Of a stretch of DNA of 64,000 nt, positions 51,702 through 61,958 are shown piece after piece. Origin of the DNA: an uncultured Gaiellaceae bacterium. Its GTDB lineage: Bacteria > Actinomycetota > Thermoleophilia > Gaiellales > Gaiellaceae. The DNA lies in the NCBI GenBank assembly GCA_963808865.1, contig CAWEGY010000003.1, positions 6,709 through 70,708 of the forward strand. The letters are read 5' to 3'. A program made the translations under genes and the position numbers. Position 1 is the stretch's first letter. Each line of letters begins with the position of its first letter. Below the pieces are notes generated by a model. It worked only from the letters and a program-made list of their open reading frames with translations, had not been told where the DNA came from and ran no database searches.

Positions 51702-53050
51702 GCCAGGAGATCATCGAGGGCATTCAGGCGATCGAGCAGGAGAAGGGGATCGAGGAGGGCATCCTCATCGCCGCTCTCGAGGACGCGCTGAGGGCCGCCT
51801 ACAAGAAGACACCGGGAGCGACGCGCCACGCCGAGGTCAAGCTCGACGGCGACGGCGAGTTCCGCGTGTACGGGATCGAGATCCCGGAGGACATCGAGAC
51901 CCGCCTCGTCGAGGAGGCGCGCGAAGCCCGCATCACGGAGCTCGAGCTGCTCGAGGAGGAGACCGGCGAGCGCCAGCACACGCTCATCACGGACGACGAC
52001 CTCGACCTCGACTGGTCGCAGGTGCCGCCGCACCAGATCCAGCGCACCGACGTGACGCCGGACGACTTCGGGCGCATCGCCGCGCAGACCGCGAAGCAGG
52101 TCATCCAGCAGCGAATCCGCGAGGCCGAGCGGGCGATCATGTACGAGGAGTACGTCGACCGCCAGGGCGAGGTCGTCACGGGAATCGTCCAGCAGGCGGG
52201 AGACCGCAACAACGTCCTCGTCGACCTCGGTCGCGTCGAGGCCCTGTTGCCGCGCTCGGAGCAGGTGGACGGCGAGCGGTACGAGCAGGGGAGCCGCATC
52301 AAGGCCGTCATCGGCGAGGTTCGCTCGGGCACGAAGGGCCCGCAGGTGATCCTCTCCCGCCGCGACCCGGAGCTCATTCGAGCGCTCTTCGAGCTCGAGG
52401 TGCCGGAGATCGCGGACGGCCTCGTCGAGATCCGCGGCGTCGCGCGCGAGCCCGGGTATCGCTCCAAGATCGCGGTCGAGTCGCACATGCAGGGCGTCGA
52501 TCCCGTCGGCGCCTGCGTCGGCCCGCGCGGCTCACGCGTGCGCATGGTGGTCTCGGAGCTCCGCGGCGAGAAGATCGACATCATCCCGTGGAACACGGAG
52601 CCGGCGCGGTTCGTCGCGAAGGCGCTCTCGCCCGCGCGCGTGCGCGAGGTGTACATCGACGACGAGACGAAGGAGGCCACGGTCGTCGTCCCGAACGACC
52701 AGCTCGCGCTCGCGATCGGCAAGGAGGGGCTGAACGCCCGGCTCGCGACGCGCCTGACCGGCTGGAAGATCGACATCCAGTCCGACGCCGAGTTCGCCCA
52801 GGCCGAGGCCGAGGCCGCCTACGGGGGAGCCGAGGACGGCGAGGACTTCTCCGGCCGCTGCTCTGCCGTTCTCTCGAACGGGAAGCGCTGTCCGAACACG
52901 GCGTTGCCGGGGACGCGCTACTGCGGCGTCCCGGCGCATCAGGCGTTGAGCGCCGCGGACGGCACGCGTCGAGGAGAGCACGGCCGCGCCCGTCGTCGCC
53001 GAAGAGGCCGAGTCCGAGCCGGCGGAGGTTGCCATCGCGGTTGCCGCTGA
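51698..53050 (+). CDS. nusA: transcription termination/antitermination factor NusA with a Cys-rich C-terminal extension. It may continue by frameshift to 53168.
   Basis: NTD, S1 and KH1/KH2 are recognisable (GACVGPRGSRV, AIGKEGLNARLA). The tail is GRCSAVLSNGKRCPNTALPGTRYCGVPAH. An acidic tail in the next frame is open from 52950 to TAG 53166-53168. Confidence 0.9.
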   Translation: MSQEIIEGIQAIEQEKGIEEGILIAALEDALRAAYKKTPGATRHAEVKLDGDGEFRVYGIEIPEDIETRLVEEAREARITELELLEEETGERQHTLITDDDLDLDWSQVPPHQIQRTDVTPDDFGRIAAQTAKQVIQQRIREAERAIMYEEYVDRQGEVVTGIVQQAGDRNNVLVDLGRVEALLPRSEQVDGERYEQGSRIKAVIGEVRSGTKGPQVILSRRDPELIRALFELEVPEIADGLVEIRGVAREPGYRSKIAVESHMQGVDPVGACVGPRGSRVRMVVSELRGEKIDIIPWNTEPARFVAKALSPARVREVYIDDETKEATVVVPNDQLALAIGKEGLNARLATRLTGWKIDIQSDAEFAQAEAEAAYGGAEDGEDFSGRCSAVLSNGKRCPNTALPGTRYCGVPAHQALSAADGTRRGEHGRARRRRRGRVRAGGGCHRGCR

Positions 53051-53179
53051 TGTCGAGACGGAGCCCGAGCCGGAGGAGGTCGCCGTCGCGACGGCCGTCG
53101 AGGAGCAGGAGCCGGAGGCCACGGAAGACGGAGCCGGCGACGACGCCTCGCGTCCGGAAGGGTTCTAGACTGATCGCTC

Positions 53180-55162
53180 ATGGCTGACGGACGAAAGGGA
53201 CCGGGTCGCCCCATGCGCCCCCGCGGCGGAGGCCCCGGAGGGCGCAAGCGCCGCGTCGTCATCGAGGGCGGAGGAGGCCGCAGCGCCGGGCGCCAGGCGC
53301 GCGACCGCAGTGCCGCGCCGCCTCAGCCTCGCCAGGCTCCTGCCGGCCCGCCGACCGGGCCCGCGACGGTCGAGTCGGGGGTAACGGTGAAGGACCTGTC
53401 CCAGGCGCTCGGGGTCCCGATGCCCGAGCTGATCAAGATCCTCATGGGCCTCGGCCAGATGCGGACGGCGACGCAGTCGCTCTCCGACGAGGAGGTCGAG
53501 ATCATCGGCACCGAGCTCGCTCGCGAGATCACGATCAAGCACGCGGCCGAGGAGGAGCTCGAGCCCGAGGAGTTCGACGACGACGAGGCCGACCTCACCG
53601 CGCGACCTCCGGTCGTGACGATCATGGGGCACGTCGACCACGGGAAAACCACGCTCCTGGACGCGATTCGCGAGACGTCCGTCGTCGAGACCGAGGCAGG
53701 GGGGATCACGCAGCACATCGGCGCGTACCAGGCCGAGGTCGACGGGCGCAAGATCACGTTCCTCGACACGCCGGGTCACGAGGCGTTCACTGCCATGCGC
53801 GCGCGCGGCGCGAAGGTCACGGACATCGCGGTGCTCGTGGTCGCCGCCGATGACGGCGTGATGCCGCAGACGAAGGAGTCGATCTCCCACGCGCGCGCGG
53901 CGGAGGTCCCCATCGTCGTGGCCGTGAACAAGATGGACATGCCGGACGCGAACGCGGACCGGGTCAAGAGCGAGCTCGCCGCCGAGGGCCTCCAGCCCGA
54001 GGACTGGGGCGGGAGCACGCAGTTCTCGCAGGTCTCGGCCAAGCAGCAGGAGAACCTCGGGGACCTGCTCGAGAAGATCCTGCTCGTCGCGGATGCCGAG
54101 CTCGACCTGCGTGCCAACCCGACCGCGGATGCCTCGGGCGTCGTGATCGAGTCGCGACTCGACGTGGGTCGCGGCCCGGTATCCACGGTGCTCGTCCAGC
54201 GCGGAACGTTGAAGGTCGGCGACGCCGCGGTCGCGGGTGACGCGCCCGGGAAGGTGCGCGCGCTCTACGACTACAGGGGCGAGAAGGTGCTGGAAGCGGG
54301 GCCGGGTCAGCCCGTCGAGGTGCTCGGGTTCGAGCATCCGCCCATCGCAGGAGAGTTCGTCCGCGTCGTCGAGCACGAGCGCCAGGCGAAGCACCTGGCG
54401 AACGTCCGCGCGGAGCGCCTCCGCCGCGAGCAGCTCGCGCAGCGGCCGCGTCGCCGCGTCTCGCTCGAGACGCTGCACGACGACCTCCAGGCCGGCGAGG
54501 TACAGGACCTCAACATCGTCTTGAAGGGCGACGTCCAGGGCTCCGTCGAGGCTCTCCTGGGCGAGATCCAGAAGATCCAGCACGCCGAGGTGCGGGTGAA
54601 CGTCATCCACACGGGCGTGGGCGGCGTCACCGAGAACGACGTCAACCTCGCCTCGGCGTCCGACGCGCTCGTCATCGGCTTCAACGTCCGGCCGAGCGCC
54701 GACGCGCGGGCACTCGCCGAGCGCGAGGGCGTCGACATCCGGACGTACCGCGTCATCTACCAGCTCACCGAGGACATCCAGAAGGCGCTCGTCGGAATGC
54801 TCTCCCCGGTCGAGACGGAGGAGACGCTCGGCGAGGCCGAGGTGCGGGCGCTGTTCCGGGTGTCGCGACTCGGCACGATCGCCGGCTGCATGGTCACGAC
54901 CGGCCTCGTCCGCCGCGGCGCACGGGTGCGCATCGTCCGCGACGGGACGGTCATCCACGAGACGTCGATCGCCCAGCTCAAGCGCTTCAAGGACGACGCG
55001 CGCGAGGTGAGCGAGGGCTTCGAGTGCGGCATCCTCCTCGACGGCTTCAACGACGTGAAGGAAGGCGACGTGCTCGAGGCCTACGAGACCCGCGAGGTCG
55101 AGCGCACCGACTTCGACCAGGCACCCGTCGCCGCCGCACCGCCCGCCACCGACGACGAGTAG
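53180..55162 (+). CDS. infB: translation initiation factor IF-2
   Basis: Contains GHVDHGKTTLLD, DTPGH and NKMD. Confidence 0.95.
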   Translation: MADGRKGPGRPMRPRGGGPGGRKRRVVIEGGGGRSAGRQARDRSAAPPQPRQAPAGPPTGPATVESGVTVKDLSQALGVPMPELIKILMGLGQMRTATQSLSDEEVEIIGTELAREITIKHAAEEELEPEEFDDDEADLTARPPVVTIMGHVDHGKTTLLDAIRETSVVETEAGGITQHIGAYQAEVDGRKITFLDTPGHEAFTAMRARGAKVTDIAVLVVAADDGVMPQTKESISHARAAEVPIVVAVNKMDMPDANADRVKSELAAEGLQPEDWGGSTQFSQVSAKQQENLGDLLEKILLVADAELDLRANPTADASGVVIESRLDVGRGPVSTVLVQRGTLKVGDAAVAGDAPGKVRALYDYRGEKVLEAGPGQPVEVLGFEHPPIAGEFVRVVEHERQAKHLANVRAERLRREQLAQRPRRRVSLETLHDDLQAGEVQDLNIVLKGDVQGSVEALLGEIQKIQHAEVRVNVIHTGVGGVTENDVNLASASDALVIGFNVRPSADARALAEREGVDIRTYRVIYQLTEDIQKALVGMLSPVETEETLGEAEVRALFRVSRLGTIAGCMVTTGLVRRGARVRIVRDGTVIHETSIAQLKRFKDDAREVSEGFECGILLDGFNDVKEGDVLEAYETREVERTDFDQAPVAAAPPATDDE

Positions 55163-55172
55163 CGTCCCGGCC

Positions 55173-55475
55173 GTGGCGACCGGCTACGTCGGAATCCTCA
55201 CGGTCGAGCTGCACTTCCCCGAGAACGGGTCGCTGAAGGGCAAGCGCAAGTACGTGAAGTCGGCCAAGGCGCAGCTCCACGAGCGGTTCGGGGCGTCCGT
55301 GGCCGAGGTCGACCACCACGACCTCTGGCAGCGCTCGACGCTTGCCGTCGCGTGCACCGCGCGGGAGCACCGCGAGCTGCAGGAGCTCCTCGACGCGGCC
55401 GTCCGCTATCTCGGGTCGCAGGAGTTCGAGCTCCTGCGGGCCGACCGGGAGGTGGTCGTCCCTGGCGAGCGCTGA
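55173..55475 (+). CDS. DUF503 family protein
   Basis: ELHFPENGSLKGKR pattern and the conserved position between infB and rbfA. Confidence 0.75.
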   Translation: MATGYVGILTVELHFPENGSLKGKRKYVKSAKAQLHERFGASVAEVDHHDLWQRSTLAVACTAREHRELQELLDAAVRYLGSQEFELLRADREVVVPGER

Positions 55476-55488
55476 GCGACGACGCAAG

Positions 55489-55827
55489 GTGAACGAGGCG
55501 ATCCGGAAGGTGCTCTCGGACGCGCTGCCGACGCTGAAGGATCCGCGCATCGGCTTCGTGACGGTCACCGGAGTGAAGACGACCAAGGACATCTCGCAGG
55601 CGACGGTCTACGTCAGCGTCCTCGGCTCCGAGGAGGAGCAGGCGCGCACGCTCGACGGCCTCCGCTCGGCGCACGGCGTGCTCCAGAGTCAGGTCGCGCG
55701 CGAGCTCGGCACACGGCGAACCCCGGTGCTGTCGTTCGAATACGATCCCGCGATCGAACGAGGGGTTCGGCTCACGCAGATGATCGACGAGCTCGCTCCT
55801 GCAGATCCCGATGCCGAATCCGACTGA
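55489..55827 (+). CDS. rbfA: ribosome-binding factor A (start uncertain, may lie up to about 30 nt upstream)
   Basis: LKDPRIGFVTVTGVKTTKDISQATVYVSV. Confidence 0.85.
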   Translation: MNEAIRKVLSDALPTLKDPRIGFVTVTGVKTTKDISQATVYVSVLGSEEEQARTLDGLRSAHGVLQSQVARELGTRRTPVLSFEYDPAIERGVRLTQMIDELAPADPDAESD

Positions 55828-56830
55828 CATGCAGGCGGTCGTGACCGCCCTCCAGGAGAAGGAGCGCTTCGCCGTCACGTCGCACGAGGCGCCCGACGGC
55901 GACGCGCTCGGATCTCTGCTCGCCACCGGTCTTGCGCTCGGACAGCTGGGGAAGGACGTCGTCATGTTCCTGGGCGGGCCGGCACCGCTTCCGGGCGAGT
56001 ACCGGTTCCTGGAGCTCGAGCAGGTCGGGCTCCGCCGCGAGCGCCCCGCGGATCTCGAGCAGCGCGTGCTCGTCGCGGTCGACTGTGCGAGCGCGAACCG
56101 TGTCGGCGCCGAGCCGGGGATCGTGGCCGCGGCGCCGTTCACGATCAACATCGACCACCATCACGACAACCCGCGTTTCGGCGACGTGAACCTCGTCGTG
56201 GCCGAGGCGTCGTCCACGGGCGAGGTGCTGGCCGACGTCTTCCGCGAGGCCGGCGTCGAGCTGACGCCGGAGATCGCGGAAGCGCTCTACATCGCGCTGG
56301 TGACGGACACCGGCCGCTTCCAGTACGCGAACACGACGCCGAAGGCGCTCCGCCTGGCCGCCGACCTCGTGGAGGCCGGTGCCGATGTCCACCGCGTCTT
56401 CCAGGGCGTGTACGAGAACGTCCAGTTCGCGAAGCTGAAGCTGCTCGCGAAGGCGCTCGAGCGCGCGCAGGTCCTGGAGGGCGGCGAGATCGTCGTCTCG
56501 CACCTCCTCCGCGGCGACTTCGAGGACGTCGGCGCCACCGAGCCGTACTCCGAGGGAATCATCGACGTGCTCCGCTCGGTCGAGGGCTCGCTCGTCTCGG
56601 CGCTGATCCGCGAGCCTCCGCGGGACGGCGCGCCGGCCGCCCGCAAGGTGTCGCTGCGCTCGTCCGTCGACGAGGTGGACGTGAGCGCGATCGCGCGCAA
56701 GTCCGGCGGCGGGGGGCACCGCGAGGCGGCCGGCTTCTCGAGCGACCTCTCGGTGGAGGAGATCACCGAGTTCATCGTGCGCGAGGTCTCCGCTCAGGTG
56801 GGCAAGGTCGGTTCCGCAGCCGAGCGGTGA
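55811..56830 (+). CDS. nrnA: DHH-family phosphoesterase (NrnA-like oligoribonuclease/pAp phosphatase)
   Basis: Contains HEAPDGDALGS, IDHH, TDTGRF and GGGH motifs. Confidence 0.85.
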   Translation: MPNPTDMQAVVTALQEKERFAVTSHEAPDGDALGSLLATGLALGQLGKDVVMFLGGPAPLPGEYRFLELEQVGLRRERPADLEQRVLVAVDCASANRVGAEPGIVAAAPFTINIDHHHDNPRFGDVNLVVAEASSTGEVLADVFREAGVELTPEIAEALYIALVTDTGRFQYANTTPKALRLAADLVEAGADVHRVFQGVYENVQFAKLKLLAKALERAQVLEGGEIVVSHLLRGDFEDVGATEPYSEGIIDVLRSVEGSLVSALIREPPRDGAPAARKVSLRSSVDEVDVSAIARKSGGGGHREAAGFSSDLSVEEITEFIVREVSAQVGKVGSAAER

Positions 56831-56837
56831 GCGGGCC

Positions 56838-57495
56838 ATGCCGCCCCGAGGGCTGACACCGAGCGGGATCATCCTCGTCGACAAGCCGGCCGGGCCGACG
56901 TCCTTCGCGATCGTGGCGGCCGTGCGCCGCCGGACGGGTGCGCGCACGGGACACGCCGGGACGCTCGACCCCTTCGCGACCGGTCTCCTGCTGCTGCTCT
57001 CCGGATCGGCGACTCGCCTCCAGCCTCGGTTCGTCGGGCTCGACAAGCGCTACCTGACCGAGATCGACCTCTCCGCACGGACCTCGACCGGCGATCCGGA
57101 GGGCGAGGTCGTCGAGGAGCACGAGCCGCCCTCGTCCCCGGAGCTCGAGCGAGGGCTGGATGAGCTGCGCGGGGAGATCGAGCTGCCGATTCCCGCCGCA
57201 TCGGCGGTGAAGATCGGCGGGGAGCGCGCCTACAAGCTGCACCGTCGCGGCGTCGTCGTAGACATGCCCGTGCGCCGGATGCGCATCGACGAGCTTCGGC
57301 TCGAGTGGCTACGAGCGCGGCATCGCCCGGCTCGACCTCCTGGTGTCCTCGGGCACGTACGTGCGGGCGATCGCGGAGGCTCTCGGCGGCCATTGCCGGT
57401 CGCTGCGGCGGACGGAGATCGGGCCGTTCAGCGTCGACGAAGCCGACGAGGATCGTCTCATCACGCCCGACGACGCCGTGGCGAGGTTGCCGTGA
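56838..57495 (+). CDS. truB: tRNA pseudouridine(55) synthase, apparent frameshift near 57307
   Basis: ILVDKPAGPTS and GHAGTLDPFATG lie in ORF 56838..58364. The C-terminus (YERGIARLDLLVSSGTYVRAIAEALG...) is in the next frame, ending at TGA 57493-57495. Confidence 0.88.
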
Positions 57496-58368
57496 AGGTC
57501 GTGCGCGAACCGACCGAGCTCGAGCCGCGGCCCAGGGCGGTCGCGATCGGGAGCTTCGACGGCGTCCACCGCGGGCATCGCGCCGTTTTCGAGACCGCGA
57601 TCGAGACCGGGCTCGAGCCCACGGTCCTCACGTTCGACCCGCACCCGCGCATCGCGCTCGGGAACAAGGTCGAGCTCCTGACGACGCTGGAGCGGCGCCT
57701 GGAGCTGATCGACGAGGCGGGGATCGCGACGTGCCTCGTCGCGGCCTTCACCCCGGAGCTCCAGCGCCTGACGCCGCAGGAGTTCGCAGAGCGCTATCTC
57801 AGCGCGATCGGCGCGGAGATCGTCGTCGCCGGCGAGGACTTCCGCTTCGGCGTCCGCCGCTCGGGCGATCTCGAGCTGCTGCGGGAGCTCGGCTTCGAGA
57901 CGCTCAGTCCGGTCGAGGTCGAAGGCGTCTCTTCGACGGCGATTCGTACCGCGCTCGCGGACGGGGACGTCGTGGGCGCCGCCGCGATGCTCGGCCGCCC
58001 CTTCGAGCTCGACGGAGTGGTCGTCGCGGGCGACCAGCGCGGTGGGACGCTCGGCTACCCGACGGCCAACCTGCGCCTCGGAGACCGACCTCGCGTGCCC
58101 GGGGTACGGGATCTACGCCGGCGCCGCGCTTGGACATCGCGCGGCCGTGTCCATCGGGACGAACCCGCACTACGGCGGCACGGAGCGCCGAATCGAGCCG
58201 TATCTCCTGGACTTCGACGGCGACCTCTACGGCAAGCGCCTCGTGGTCGAGCTGTGGGAGCGGCTCCGCGACGAGGCCGTGTTCGCCAGCGAAGAGGAGC
58301 TCGTGGCGCAGATCGCCGAGGACGTCGAGGCGACGAGGGCGGCTCGCAGACCGGGGGCGGCTGACTAA
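57492..58368 (+). CDS. ribF: bifunctional riboflavin kinase / FAD synthetase, apparent frameshift near 58080
   Basis: The N-terminus has IGSFDGVHRGH. The C-terminus (GIYAGAALGHRAAVSIGTNPHYGGTERRIEPYLLDFDGDLYG) is in ORF 58042..58368. Confidence 0.88.
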
Positions 58369-58377
58369 CGTAGAGGC

Positions 58378-59319
58378 GTGTCCGGTCAGAACGGAACGCC
58401 GCTCATCCACGCCCGCGGGCTCGTCAAGCGCTTCGGCGACTTCGTCGCCGTGGACGGGATCGACTTCGACCTCCAGCGCGGGGAAGCCTTCGGCTTCCTG
58501 GGGCCGAACGGCGCGGGGAAGACCTCGACGATGCGCATGATCGGCTGCGTCTCGCCGGTGACGGAAGGCAGTCTCAGCGTGTTCGGGCTCGATCCGGCTC
58601 GCGACGGGGTGCAGATCCGTGGCCGCCTCGGCGTCGTCCCGCAGCAGGACACGCTCGACATGGAGCTGACCGTGCGCGAGAACATCGTCATCTACGGCCG
58701 CTACTTCGGCCTTCCACGGCGCCACCTCGGCGAGCGAGCGGACGAGCTGCTCGAGTTCGTGGAGCTCACCGAACGGGCGAACGACAAGGTCGAGCCGCTC
58801 TCCGGCGGCATGAAGCGACGACTGACGATCGCACGCTCGCTCGTCAACGATCCCGAGGTCATGCTCCTGGACGAGCCGACGACCGGCCTCGACCCGCAGG
58901 CGCGCCATGTCGTCTGGGATCGGCTGTACCGGCTCAAGCGGCAGGGGGTGACGCTCGTCCTGACGACGCACTACATGGACGAGGCCGAGCAGCTCTGCGA
59001 TCGGCTCGTGGTCATGGACCGGGGGAAGATCGTCGCCGAGGGCTCTCCGCGGGAGCTCATCGAGCGCTACTCGACGCGCGAGGTGCTCGAGCTCCGCTTC
59101 GACGACGGCAGCCGCCCCGACGACTTCTCGTACTGGACCGAGGGTCTCGTCACCCGCATCGAGCCGCTGCCCGACCGCGTCCTGCTGTACACGGACGACG
59201 GCGACGCCGCATCCCATGGGATCCACGAGCGTGGGCTCGTCCCCGAGAGCGTGCTCGTGCGCCGCAGCACGCTCGAAGACGTCTTCCTGCACCTGACCGG
59301 GCGTTCGCTCATCGAGTAA
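58378..59319 (+). CDS. ABC transporter ATP-binding protein (NodI/DrrA-like, ABC-2 exporter)
   Basis: Contains GPNGAGKTST, LSGGMKRRL and LLDEPT. Confidence 0.9.
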   Translation: MSGQNGTPLIHARGLVKRFGDFVAVDGIDFDLQRGEAFGFLGPNGAGKTSTMRMIGCVSPVTEGSLSVFGLDPARDGVQIRGRLGVVPQQDTLDMELTVRENIVIYGRYFGLPRRHLGERADELLEFVELTERANDKVEPLSGGMKRRLTIARSLVNDPEVMLLDEPTTGLDPQARHVVWDRLYRLKRQGVTLVLTTHYMDEAEQLCDRLVVMDRGKIVAEGSPRELIERYSTREVLELRFDDGSRPDDFSYWTEGLVTRIEPLPDRVLLYTDDGDAASHGIHERGLVPESVLVRRSTLEDVFLHLTGRSLIE

Positions 59320-59321
59320 GC

Positions 59322-60098
59322 GTGAGCTCGCTCGCCCTCGCACTCCGCCCGCTCGAGTTCTTCTTCACGCAGTACAAGCGCGTCTGGCGCGGCACGGCCG
59401 TCACGAGCGTCGTGACGCCCGTCGTCTACCTGCTCGCGCTCGGGGTCGGGCTGGGTGTCTTCGTCGACCGCTCCGCCGATCTCGAGGGCGGCATCTCCTA
59501 TCTCGAGTTCGTCGCGCCGGGCCTGATGGCCGCGACCGCGATGCAGCTCGCTACCTTCGAGGCGGCCTGGCCGGTCTTCTCCGCGATCAAGTGGGATCGC
59601 CAGTACCACGCGATGCTCGCCGCTCCGCTCCGCGTGCGCGACATCCTGCTCGGCCACCAGTCGTTCATCGCGTTCCGCCTGCTGCTGACGGCGACCGTGT
59701 ATCTCGTCGTGATCACCGCGTTCGGCGCGGTGAGCTCGCCGCTCGCGATCCTCGCCATCCCGGTCACCGTGCTCGTCGGGCTCTCGTTCGCCGCGCCGAT
59801 CGCAGCCTGGGCGGCACACACGGAGACGGAGGTGTCCTTCGTCGCGATCTTCCGCTTCGTCATCCTCCCGATGTTCCTCTTCTCGGGGACCTTCTTCCCG
59901 ATCTCGACCCTGCCCGCGCCGCTCGAGGTGATCGCATACGCGACCCCGCTCTGGCACGGCGTGACGCTGTGCCGCGACCTCACGCTCGGCGACGTGCAGC
60001 TCGCCGATGACCTCCTGCACCTGGGGTACCTGCTCGTTTGCGTCGGCGTCGGCCTCGCGGTCGCGGCGTACACCTATCGGAAGCGGCTGGTGGTGTAG
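59322..60098 (+). CDS. ABC-2 type transporter permease (NodJ-like)
   Basis: Six hydrophobic segments, adjacent to the ATPase gene. Confidence 0.8.
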   Translation: MSSLALALRPLEFFFTQYKRVWRGTAVTSVVTPVVYLLALGVGLGVFVDRSADLEGGISYLEFVAPGLMAATAMQLATFEAAWPVFSAIKWDRQYHAMLAAPLRVRDILLGHQSFIAFRLLLTATVYLVVITAFGAVSSPLAILAIPVTVLVGLSFAAPIAAWAAHTETEVSFVAIFRFVILPMFLFSGTFFPISTLPAPLEVIAYATPLWHGVTLCRDLTLGDVQLADDLLHLGYLLVCVGVGLAVAAYTYRKRLVV

Positions 60099-60903
60099 AT
60101 GAGCGAGCTCGTCGCACGCGCGCGTCTCACCGTTCCCGCGAAGCCCGCATTCGGCGGCCTGCTCATCGTCGAGCGGAACGCGATGGTCTACCGCCGGACG
60201 TGGATGATCCTCTTCTCCGGCTTCTTCGAGCCGCTCTTCTACCTCTTCTTCTTCGTCTACCCGCTCGAGCGCTTCATCGGGGACGTCACGTCTGCGGGCG
60301 AGACGATCGAGTACGCGGCGTTCGTCGCGCCTGCGCTGCTCGCGTCGTCGGCGATGAACGGCGCCTTCTACGACGCGACCAACGTGTTCTGGAAGCTGCG
60401 CTACGGGAAGGTCTACGACTCGATCCTCGCGACCCCGATCGGGCCGAAGGACGTCGCGGTGGGGGAGACGATCTGGGCCGTCGTGCGCGCGATGCTCTAC
60501 TCCGCCGCGTTCCTGCTCGTGATCGTGGCGCTCGGACTCGTCGAGTCCTGGTGGGCGCTCCTTGCGCTGCCGGCCTGCTTCGTCATCGGGTTCGGCTTCG
60601 CCGGGGCGGGGATCGCGGCGGTGACGTGGATGAGGAACTGGAAGGACTTCGACCTGATTCAGCTGATCATGCTGCCGATGTTCATGTTCTCGGCGACCTT
60701 CTATCCCATCTCCGTCTACCCCGAGGTGCTGGAGTGGATCGTCCGCTGCCTGCCGCTGTACCACGGGATCGAGCTCGTCCGCTCGCTGACGACCGGCAGC
60801 TGTCGGCGCCATGCAGCTCGTCAACGTCGCCTACCTGGCGATCATGGGTCTCGTCGGGATGGCGATCGCGTCGCGCCGCATCGACACGCTGCTGCTGAAG
60901 TAG
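60099..60903 (+). CDS. second ABC-2 type transporter permease, apparent frameshift near 60795
   Basis: ORF 60099..61586 reads as a permease up to ...[14 protein letters not shown]. The plausible C-terminus ([35 protein letters not shown]) is in the next frame, ending at TAG 60901-60903. Confidence 0.75.
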
Positions 60904-61483
60904 CGGCTCTCAGTCGCAGGCGGGTCGCGCCCGGCGGCTCGCCGGACTCGCGGCCCATGCGGAACGAGAAGTCGCGCAGCGGCCAGAACGTGACGAATAC
61001 CTTCCCGAAGATCGGGTCGCCGAGGACGGTGCCGAACGTCCGGCTGTCGATCGCGACGCTGCGGTTGTCGCCGAGGAGGAAGTACTGCTCGTTCGGCACT
61101 CGCACGGACAGGAACGGCTCGGTCGTGATGTCGTCGAACTTGACGTCGTTCACGAACACCGTGCCGTCACGGCCCTCGACCACGTCGCCCGGCCCGCCCG
61201 CGACGCGGAGGATGAGCTCGCGATCCCGCGCGTCCTCGTCCGGGACGACGTCGCCCGCGACGGTCTCGGCCGCGTGGACGACGACGATGTCGCCCGGCTC
61301 CGGGTCGCGGATCTTGTACGTGATCCCCTCGGCGAGCACGCGTCCGTCACAGGCGGCGATCGCCGGAGCCATGGCCAAGCCCCTCGAGCGCGCCGAGACG
61401 AGCAGCTCGGCGAAGTCGAGCACGAGGATCGCGATCGCGACGATGACGATGATCGCGAGAGCGCGCGTGATGCCGCGAAGCAT
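60842..61483 (-). CDS. S26 signal-peptidase-I-like protein lacking the canonical Ser/Lys dyad
   Basis: N-terminal TM. Box [12 protein letters not shown] and GDIVVV are conserved, but box B reads LAMAPAI (expected SM.P) and box D reads [11 protein letters not shown] (expected KR..G.PGD). Confidence 0.7.
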   Translation of the reverse strand: MLRGITRALAIIVIVAIAILVLDFAELLVSARSRGLAMAPAIAACDGRVLAEGITYKIRDPEPGDIVVVHAAETVAGDVVPDEDARDRELILRVAGGPGDVVEGRDGTVFVNDVKFDDITTEPFLSVRVPNEQYFLLGDNRSVAIDSRTFGTVLGDPIFGKVFVTFWPLRDFSFRMGRESGEPPGATRLRLRAATSAAACRCGATRSPSRRDP

Positions 61484-61582
61484 GGCCGCTGCTACCCTTC
61501 CCGAGACCGCAGTCGCGGCTCCGGCGTGTTTCTTCCTTCACGCGGGGCGGGGATTGCGGAGTCGTCTAGACGGAGGAGATGC

Positions 61583-61852
61583 ATGAGCCTCACCAAGGAA
61601 GTCAAGCTGGAGATCGTCGAGAAGCACGGTCGCGCGGCAACCGATACTGGTTCGGTGGAGGTGCAGGTAGCCCTTCTCACGAGAAGGATCAACGACCTCA
61701 CCGAGCATCTGCGGACGCACCCGAAGGATCACTACTCGCGGAGGGGCCTCCTCAAGCTCGTCGGCCGCCGCCGCCGCTTCCTCGACTACATGCAGCGGAA
61801 GGACATCGAGGGCTATCGCGCCCTCATCAAGGAGCTCGGCCTGCGCCGCTAG
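61583..61852 (+). CDS. rpsO: 30S ribosomal protein S15
   Basis: GGAGGAG RBS. Contains [44 protein letters not shown]. Confidence 0.95.
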   Translation: MSLTKEVKLEIVEKHGRAATDTGSVEVQVALLTRRINDLTEHLRTHPKDHYSRRGLLKLVGRRRRFLDYMQRKDIEGYRALIKELGLRR

Positions 61853-61866
61853 CTCCCTGAAGACAG

Positions 61867-61926
61867 GGAAGGTGGAAGTTTGAGCCAGTCCCGACGCGTC
61901 GGCGCTGACTCAAACCTCCACCTTCC
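61867..61926 (+). promoter_or_regulatory. long rpsO-pnp intergenic hairpin (terminator / pnp leader processing structure)
   Basis: GGAAGGTGGAAGTTTGAG...CTCAAACCTCCACCTTCC (18 bp, one mismatch) encloses an inner palindrome CCGACGCGTCGG. Confidence 0.7.
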
Positions 61927-61958
61927 GCACACGAAGGAAAGGTGAAGGGATACAAGCA

